A DNA stretch of 5,819 nt from Octopus sinensis (lineage: Eukaryota). Shown in pieces: positions 1 to 5,594 of this stretch (its first letter is position 1; every line of letters starts with the position of its first letter). The stretch spans positions 1 through 5,819 of the forward strand of contig NW_021829835.1 in assembly GCF_006345805.1 (NCBI RefSeq). The letters run 5' to 3'. The notes beneath the pieces are model-generated. The model did not search any database. It was not told where the DNA came from and was given only the letters and a program-made list of their open reading frames with translations. Made by a program: the position numbers and the translations under genes.

Positions 1-409
1 TTTTGCTTTATTTTGTCTAAAAAATATTATATTTATATACAGTTTTCCATTCATTCATAATTCAGAATCCAAAAAATGAACAAATTTATTTAATATCTAT
101 TATGTCCTCCATTAGCTCTAATTACATCTAGTATTCGGCCTGGCATGCTATTAATAAGACTTTTTGCGTATTCTATTTTGAGTTAATTCCAAATGGATGA
201 TATTTTTGCAAATAAATGTTCCTTTTTCAAAAATTCTCTTCCTTTGATTTTTTCTTTAATAAAGGCCCAAACATTCTCTATAGCAGAGGTTTCCAAGCTT
301 TTTTTTACGCGCCTCCCTTAGAGAAAAAGTACAATCTTGCGCCTCCCTTTATATTCCATAATATAATACAATTATTATTTTATCAAAAACAATTTTTTAA
401 AACAAAAAG

Positions 410-933
410 TTAATGAGATAATTTTTTTTCCATCTTGGCGCAAATTTTTTCAAATCTTGGTGTCATCGCAGAGAGTGCTACTCTTAGCTCATTAGTCACT
501 ACTAAACGAGTTCGATATTTAGAGATTTAATTGCAGCTAGTGCAGAAATCCAGTTTCGCATAAATATGAAGTAGCAAATGGCAACAAAACTTTCATTGCT
601 TTATTCGACAAAATTTCATATTCCGTTCTTACATTCAACCAAAAAGAAATTAGCGGTTCTCTCTCAAATTTTTGTTTCAATAATGTATCGCATGACAATT
701 CTATCAATTCTATCAATTCTATCAATGACAATTCTGTTGAGGCAAAGCAAACAGAGGGGTTTTTCCATAGAATCAACAAAGATACGTGTGAATCCTAACA
801 ATAAGTAAGATGGAAAGTTTTCTTGTCTTTGGAGTGGTATTGATTATATTCCAATCATTTTGATTTTTGAACCATCGTCAAAATCTTTATTATTCGTGAA
901 TTTTCTTTTGCAACCACTCAAGAATTTATTCAT
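410..933 (-). pseudogene. Copy A of the deleted Buster transposase ORF, broken by small indels that may be sequencing errors
   Basis: ATG at 931-933 and TAA at 410-412, homologous to 2880-3407. Track ORF 537-779 carries part of it (LSCDTLLKQKF...MKVLLPFATSYLCETGF). Confidence 0.8.
696..726. repeat. 9-bp tandem repeat (CAATTCTAT)x3 plus CAAT at the Buster internal deletion junction (also 3165-3195)
   Basis: Read directly. It encodes LIE-LIE-LIE on the minus strand and is bracketed by GACAATTCT direct repeats (694-702 and 727-735). Confidence 0.9.
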
Positions 934-1077
934 GTGTTAAAATTATTTAATTGTCTAATAAATTAAATAAATTTTTGAAAAAATATAATTTTTAAATTAA
1001 TAACTCTTATTATCGGAATATAGTCACGTTTTTTACATAGATATAATTTTCTAAAAAATGTTTCTGAAATACTTTTC

Positions 1078-1126
1078 GCGCCTCCCTTGACACGAGTCAA
1101 CGCCTCCCTTGGGAGGCGCGCCTCCC
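1078..1126. repeat. Subterminal CGCCTCCC motif cluster of the Buster element (likely transposase-binding sites)
   Basis: Core at 1079-1086, 1101-1108, inverted at 1111-1118, and 1119-1126, with a 16-bp palindrome GGGAGGCGCGCCTCCC at 1111-1126. Two more copies lie at the other end (310-317, 340-347). Copy B has the same layout. Confidence 0.8.
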
Positions 1127-1819
1127 CATTTGGAAACCTCTGCTCTATAGGGTTTAAATCTGGGCTTTGTGTTGGCCATAGTAGTAATTCGATATTATTT
1201 ACTTGAAAAAAGCTCTTTGCTATTGCCGAAGTATGTTTCAGATCATTGTCTTGTTGGAAACTAGGATCTTTATGTTCGATTTTGTTCAGAAATGAGATCA
1301 TATTATTCGTTAATATGTTAACATACAAAGCTCCACCAATCTTCTCTTTTATCAAAACCAAATTAATGAATCCAATATTGATTATGGCATGATAGTTCAT
1401 GATAGTTCCTTTACCGAATTTTATTGTTTTTGTAAGATTGCTTGTTAAATATTTTTCCTTGCGATTTCTCCATACTAAAGTTCTTACATCACTATTTTAC
1501 ATATTAAATTTACTTTCATCACTTAAAATAACTCGCTCCCGAAATTTTTGAGAGCATATTGCATGTTTGGCATAGCTTTAATCATTGAAGTTTAGGGTTT
1601 TTGGTAAGAAGTGGTCTTTTCGTGGGCGGATATGCATTCAGACCAATTTTTTCGTGGTATTTCTTATTGTTTGAGCTGTTACTGATTTCCCTTTTTTTCT
1701 GTAAATGTTTTAGTAAATTAAAAACAGTTGAAATTGACATCCACTTTTCAAGCCTCTTTAATTTAAAATATTTTTGACGATTGAGCAATGAATGGTCAAC
1801 CAGACCCAACTTTTTTGTC

Positions 1820-2012
1820 TGGTTGGTGCATCCACCTGAGCGGACACACACCCAGTACCTAAAACATTAGGGGGGGTTGGACGGCCGGCAACACGTTTGG
1901 GTTTCCCCACCGTGTGCCAACCGTCCTCGGGTGAAACCTTATTTCCTGCCGAGGAAGAAGAGTCTCCAGTGAGTGCTGAACCCACGTGGGAGGGTCCAGG
2001 CTTCTTCTTCCT
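1820..2012. other. 193-bp GC-rich (~58%) foreign segment between the broken Tc1 and the broken H4; origin unknown, possibly a retroelement fragment
   Basis: Counted 110 G+C in 190 nt (1821-2010), against strongly AT-rich flanks. Not present in copy B. Open in the H4 frame ([12 protein letters not shown]...[20 protein letters not shown]...). Confidence 0.85.
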
Positions 2013-2171
2013 TTCCTCGTAAATTTTTCCAGAAATTCTTCGAACACCCCCTCTTCGACATAGTCTTCTTATTGCTGGCTTAGTAATTCCTTGTATATTG
2101 TCAATTAATATCTTTCGAAATCGTTTTGCACCACTCTTTCCTCCTTTGCCACCTTTACCACGTCCAGACAT
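2013..2171 (-). pseudogene. H4: Histone H4, 5' half only (53 codons), divergent; fused in frame to foreign sequence (ORF 1758-2171)
   Basis: [53 protein letters not shown] aligns to canonical H4 through E53. The rest of H4 (TRGVLK...GFGG) was not found anywhere in the window. Confidence 0.96.
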
Positions 2172-2753
2172 TAGGAAAAATAGATCAACCAGTTAAGTTT
2201 TTTTAACGAATTTCAAAAAAATTTCAAACACAATCAACGAATAAACATTTAGAAGTAATTATAGATAAAATATCCCAATACTGTGTTATTTTATCATTGG
2301 CGAAATATTTTTTTAGTCCAATATAATTTATTTACTTAGGCTAAATTATCCCAAAAAATAGTAAATATATACAGTGAACAAAAATAAAAACTGAAAAAGC
2401 ATTTTCTCATGAATTTACTATGAAACAATATTTAAAAAATAACTTCTATTGATTTAAAAAAATTAAATAAAGTTTTGCTTTATTTTTGTCTAAAAAATAT
2501 TATATTTATACAGTTTTCCATTCATTCATAATTCAGAACCCAAAAAATGAACAAATTTATTTAATATCTATTATGTCCTCCATTAGCTCTAATTACATCT
2601 AGTATTCGGCCTGGCATGCTATTAATAAGACTTTTTGCGTATCTATTTTGAGTTAATTCCAAATGGATGATATTTTTGCAAATAAATGTTCCTTTTTCAA
2701 AAATTCTCTTCCTTTGATTTTTTCTTTAATAAAGGCCCAAACATTCTCTATAG

Positions 2754-3613
2754 CAGAGGTTTCCAAGCTTTTTTTTACGCGCCTCCCTTAGAGAAAAAGT
2801 ACAATCTTGCGCCTCCCTTTATATTTCATAATATAATACAATTATTATTTTATCAAAAACAATTTTTTAAAACAAAAAGTTAATGAGATAATTTTTTTTC
2901 CATCTTGGCGCAAAGTTTTTCAAATCTTGGTGTCATCGCAGAGAGTGCTACTCTTAGCTCATTAGTCACTACTAAACGAGTTCGATATTTAGATTTAATT
3001 GCAGCTAGTGCAGAAAATCCAGTTTCGCATAAATATGAAGTAACCAAATGGCAACAAAACTTCATTGCTTTATTCGACAAAATTTCATATTCCGTTCTTA
3101 CATTCAACCAAAAAGAAATTAGCGGTTCTCTCTCAAATTTTTGTTTCAATAATGTATCGCATGACAATTCTATCAATTCTATCAATTCTATCAATGACAA
3201 TTCTGTTTTGAGGCAAAGCAAACAGAGGGGTTTTTCCATAGAATCAACAAAGATACGTGTGAATCCTAACAATAAGTATGATGGAAAGTATTTTCTTGTC
3301 TTTGGAGTGGTATTGATTATATTCCAATCATTTTGATTTTTTGAACCATCGTCAAAATCTTTATTATTCGTGAATTTTCTTTTGCAACCACTCAAGAATT
3401 TATTCATGTGTTAAAATTATTTAATTGTCTAATAAATTAAATAAATTTTTGAAAAAATATAATTTTTAAATTAATACTCTTATTATCGGAATATAGTCAC
3501 GTTTTACATAGATATAATTTTCTAAAAAATGTTTCTGAAATACTTTTCGCGCCTCCCTTGACACGAGTCAACGCCTCCCTAGGGAGGCGCGCCTCCCCAT
3601 TTGGAAACCTCTG
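2754..3613 (-). mobile_element. Non-autonomous, internally deleted hAT (Buster/Charlie-type) element, copy B, 860 bp
   Basis: TIRs at 2754-2766 and 3601-3613. TSD CTCTATAG at 2746-2753 and 3614-3621. Same insertion site as copy A. Confidence 0.96.
2880..3407 (-). CDS. 175-aa internally deleted Buster-type hAT transposase (ZBED5/ZBED8/SCAND3-like): N-terminus with half a BED finger fused to the C-terminal dimerisation domain
   Basis: MNKFL..KRK start. TRKYFPSYLLLGFT...KPLCLLC matches the Buster RKY..YL..GF...P.C..C pattern. The C-terminus LIELSCD..LKQKF...FW...EY..LS.KA(MKVLLPFAT in copy A)SYLCETGFSAL..IKSKYRTRL....LRVALS..TPRFEKLC...SH matches the hAT dimerisation domain. The DDE core is missing. 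Confidence 0.85.
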   Translation of the reverse strand: MNKFLSGCKRKFTNNKDFDDGSKNQNDWNIINTTPKTRKYFPSYLLLGFTRIFVDSMEKPLCLLCLKTELSLIELIELIELSCDTLLKQKFEREPLISFWLNVRTEYEILSNKAMKFCCHLVTSYLCETGFSALAAIKSKYRTRLVVTNELRVALSAMTPRFEKLCAKMEKKLSH

Positions 3614-4933
3614 CTCTATAGGGTTTAAATCTGGGCTTTGTGTTGGGCCATAGTAGTCATTCGATATTATTTACTTGAAAAAAGCTCTTTGCTATGCCGA
3701 AGTATGTTTTCAGATCATTGTTTGTTGGGAAACTAGGATCTTTATGTTCGATTTTGTTCAGAAATGAGATCATATTATTCGTTAATATGTTAACATCAAA
3801 GCTCCACCAATCTTCTCTTTTATCAAAACCAAATTAATGAATCCAATATTGATTATGGCATGATAGTTCATGATAGGTTCCTTTACCGAATTTTATTGTT
3901 TTTGTAAGATTGCTTGTTAAATATTTTTCTTGCGATTTCTCCATACTAAAGTTCTTACATCACTATTTTACCATATTAATTTACTTTCATCACTTAAAAT
4001 AACTCGCTCCCGAAATATTTTGAGAGCATATTGCATGTTTGGCATAGCTTTAATCATTGAAGTTTAGGGTTTTTGGTAAGAAGTGGTCTTTTCGTGGGCG
4101 GATATGCATCAGACCAATTTTTTCGTGGTATTTCTTATGTTTGAGCTGTTACTGATTTCCCTTTTTTTCTGTAAATGTTTTAGTAAATTAAAACAGTTGA
4201 AATTGACATCCACTTTTCAAGCCTCTTTAATTTAAAATATTTTGACGATTGAGCAATGAATGGTCAACCAGACCCAACTTTTTTGTCCGTCAAGCACTTA
4301 TTTGAATAGCTTTTGATAATTTGCAATATCGTGCCAAGCATACTTTTTCGTGATATCTTGTATTTCTCTGTATGTTTTTCCAGATTTATACTGCCAATTA
4401 TTCTGCCTTTTTCTTCAATGTTCAATGATTGGCTATGTAGAGAGGTTACAAATGATGAATTTTGAACGAATTTTAAAAAATAAAACCTTTTTTTTGATAT
4501 ATATAAGTAATTTAAATTTGTTCAGTATTTTTTTGTTTTAAAATTTCGATATCATAAAAACGGGCATAAATATATATTTATTAAAAAAAACTAAAAAATG
4601 TAAAATACTTTAATCTATGTTAAAAATAAATTTGAGAACATATTTGCAATATTGTCCAATTGTAAATTTATAAAAAAAGCATGTTCAGTTTTTATTTTTG
4701 TTCACTATAGCTTGTTCATGGTTATAGGTTTTTGTTTGTTTTCCTGCTAATATTTAATTATCCAACAAATCCGTATTAAACAATTTTTAATTATATATTT
4801 TCTAAAATACAAAACTAGTATCCTCTTTTTATCTAACGAGGTGCAACATTACATTTTCTACAAACTTCAACAAAAAATTTAAAAATTGTCTCAGAATTAT
4901 CCAACAATAAATCATTTTTTATTTAAAATACAA

Positions 4934-5343
4934 TTATGTTTTTTCACCTCGAATTCTTCTCGATAAATGCATATCGTTTGGCATTATAGTTACTCTTTTT
5001 CCGTGAATTGCACACAAATTACTATCTTCAAAAATTCCAACTAGGTAACTCTCTGCCGCTTCTTGGAGAGCAACATCGCTGACGATTGAAAACGCAAATC
5101 AGTTTTGATAAACTGAGCGGTTTCTTCTCACGAGTCTCTGGAATGGAAGTTTTCGTAGTAACAAATCAGTGCTCTTTTGATATCGTCTAATTTCTCGCAT
5201 TGCAACAACTCCAGGTCGAAATCGATGAGGTTTCTTTACCCCTCCAAATTGTGAAAAGACTTGCGAGCAGATTTTGCAGACAATTGTTTCCTTGGAACTT
5301 TTGCTCCAGTAGATTTTCGAGCAGTTTGTTTAGTTCTAGCCAT
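4934..5343 (-). CDS. H3: Histone H3, divergent and intronless, 136 aa after correcting three 1-nt indels (near 5247-5260, 5125 and 5070); not in the ORF track
   Basis: [29 protein letters not shown][xxxx][103 protein letters not shown]. The span is 410 nt, equal to 411-1+1-1. There are no in-frame stops once corrected. A real pseudogene cannot be excluded from this sequence alone. Confidence 0.93.
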
Positions 5344-5376
5344 ATTTTTTTTATTTCAGACCTAGTTATTTTTGTA

Positions 5377-5383
5377 TTATATA
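5377..5383 (-). promoter_or_regulatory. Possible TATA-like element (TATATAA) 33 nt upstream of the H3 ATG
   Basis: Sequence and position only. Weak evidence in such AT-rich DNA. Confidence 0.25.
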
Positions 5384-5594
5384 GTTAAACAAGCATTATT
5401 CCGAATTTTTTCGAGAAAAAGTATCATTCCGAAAATTTTTTGCTCATCATTTTTAAAATTAAAAAATTAAATATTTTTAAAATAATATTTTATCAGCACC
5501 ATCAAATAATTGTAACTATTGCTTAAATTGATGAATTTTTCGAGATTAAAGACTAAATTACTAGTGAACTAATTAAAGAAAAAACAGAGAACGA

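Larger units (their letters stand above)
284..1142 (-). mobile_element. Non-autonomous, internally deleted hAT (Buster/Charlie-type) element, copy A, 859 bp
   Basis: Perfect 13-bp TIRs CAGAGGTTTCCAA (284-296) and TTGGAAACCTCTG (1130-1142). Perfect 8-bp TSD CTCTATAG (276-283 and 1143-1150) with central TA, the nnnTAnnn Buster pattern. Remnant Buster transposase inside. Confidence 0.96.
1..1819. repeat. Copy A of a ~1.8-kb direct duplication (matches 2473-4287); runs off the left edge of the window
   Basis: Position 1 TTTTGCTTTATTTT matches 2473. Identity continues, with scattered mostly 1-2 nt indels, to CCCAACTTTTTTGTC at 1819/4287, after which the copies diverge (TGGTTGG vs CGTCAAG). Offset is about 2468-2472. 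Confidence 0.98.
90..1819 (-). pseudogene. Tc1-like DD34E transposase pseudogene (copy A), 5'-truncated just upstream of the GSG*P motif and interrupted by Buster at 284-1142
   Basis: Same motifs as copy B. ORF 963-1400 carries FQQDNDLKHTS...WPTQSPDLNPIE. The C-terminus NVWAFIKEK...SMPGRILDVIRANGGHNRY* is at 90-275. The first HTH and the 5' TIR are absent. Confidence 0.92.
2473..4287. repeat. Copy B of the ~1.8-kb direct duplication (matches 1-1819)
   Basis: Direct alignment by eye. The ORF track also shows an identical 65-aa translation at 216-413 and 2686-2883. Confidence 0.98.
2561..4431 (-). pseudogene. Tc1-like DD34E transposase pseudogene (copy B), interrupted by Buster at 2754-3613
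   Basis: Manual translation across frameshifts, using both copies: N-terminal HTH SLNIEEKGRIIG..YKSGKTYREIQDITKK..GTILQIIKSY..KKVGSG*P; SVTAQTIRN..KRPLL; VILSDESKFN; FQQDND(L)KHTS; WPTQSPDLNPIE, then after the insertion NVWAFIKEKIKG..IWN*LKIEYAKSLINSMPGRILDVIRANGGHNRY*. There are 34 residues between the second D and the E. The start codon was not identified. Confidence 0.93.
2372..4707 (-). mobile_element. Full-length Tc1-family (DD34E) DNA transposon, inactive, with nested Buster insertion; native length about 1468 bp
   Basis: TIR CAGTGAACAAAAATAAAAACTGAA at 2372-2395, preceded by TA (2370-2371). Its reverse complement is at 4684-4707 (23/24, terminal G>A), followed by TA (4708-4709). Weaker inverted similarity extends about 60 bp. 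A Tc1 transposase pseudogene lies inside. Confidence 0.93.

Noticed and set aside
183-185. In-frame TAA in the Tc1 as evidence for a ciliate-type genetic code
   Set aside because: TAA is used as the true stop at the canonical ends of Tc1 (90-92), Buster (2880-2882) and H3 (4934-4936), and other premature stops are TGA.
301-350. GCGCCTCCCT repeats with a spacer as a CRISPR-like array
   Set aside because: Short, irregularly spaced subterminal motifs inside a eukaryotic hAT element; no cas genes.
216-413. 65-aa plus-strand ORF (and its twin at 2686-2883)
   Set aside because: It is antisense to the Tc1 C-terminus, crosses the Buster TIR and is low-complexity F/K-rich. It appears twice only because of the duplication.
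963-1142. C-terminal part of ORF 963-1400 (QRFPNGEARLP...) as a Tc1-Buster fusion protein
   Set aside because: It is read-through into the non-coding Buster 5' end. The upstream Tc1 frame has stops, and the first catalytic D is not in this ORF.
1867-1876. TTAGGG followed by a G-run as a telomeric repeat or G-quadruplex
   Set aside because: Single hexamer and one G7 tract; no array.
1875-1965. HDV-like ribozyme in the GC segment (TCCTCGG on both strands; GGTTGG/CCAACC and GGACGG/CCGTCC pairings)
   Set aside because: I could not build the P3 stem around a correct 7-nt L3 with matching P1/P2 by hand. An RNArobo or Infernal search would be needed; unsupported at present.
1981-1990. Palindrome CCCACGTGGG (E-box/G-box)
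   Set aside because: Isolated 10-mer with no supporting context.
1859-2047. 62-aa alternative minus-strand ORF over the H4/GC junction
   Set aside because: Starts out of frame inside H4; no recognisable similarity. It shows that open frames are easy to obtain in this GC-rich segment.
2905-3336. 143-aa plus-strand ORF (and 578-808)
   Set aside because: Antisense shadow of the Buster transposase remnant; no recognisable domain.
4350-4541. 63-aa plus-strand ORF
   Set aside because: Antisense to the Tc1 N-terminal HTH and 5' UTR; compositionally biased.
5200-5388. 62-aa plus-strand ORF
   Set aside because: Antisense to the H3 N-terminus.
5344-5594. Missing H4 3' half downstream of the RLE element
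   Set aside because: Minus-strand translation shows no TRGVLK/DAVTY/KRKTV/YGFG-like sequence, so this junction does not support a clean H4-targeted insertion.
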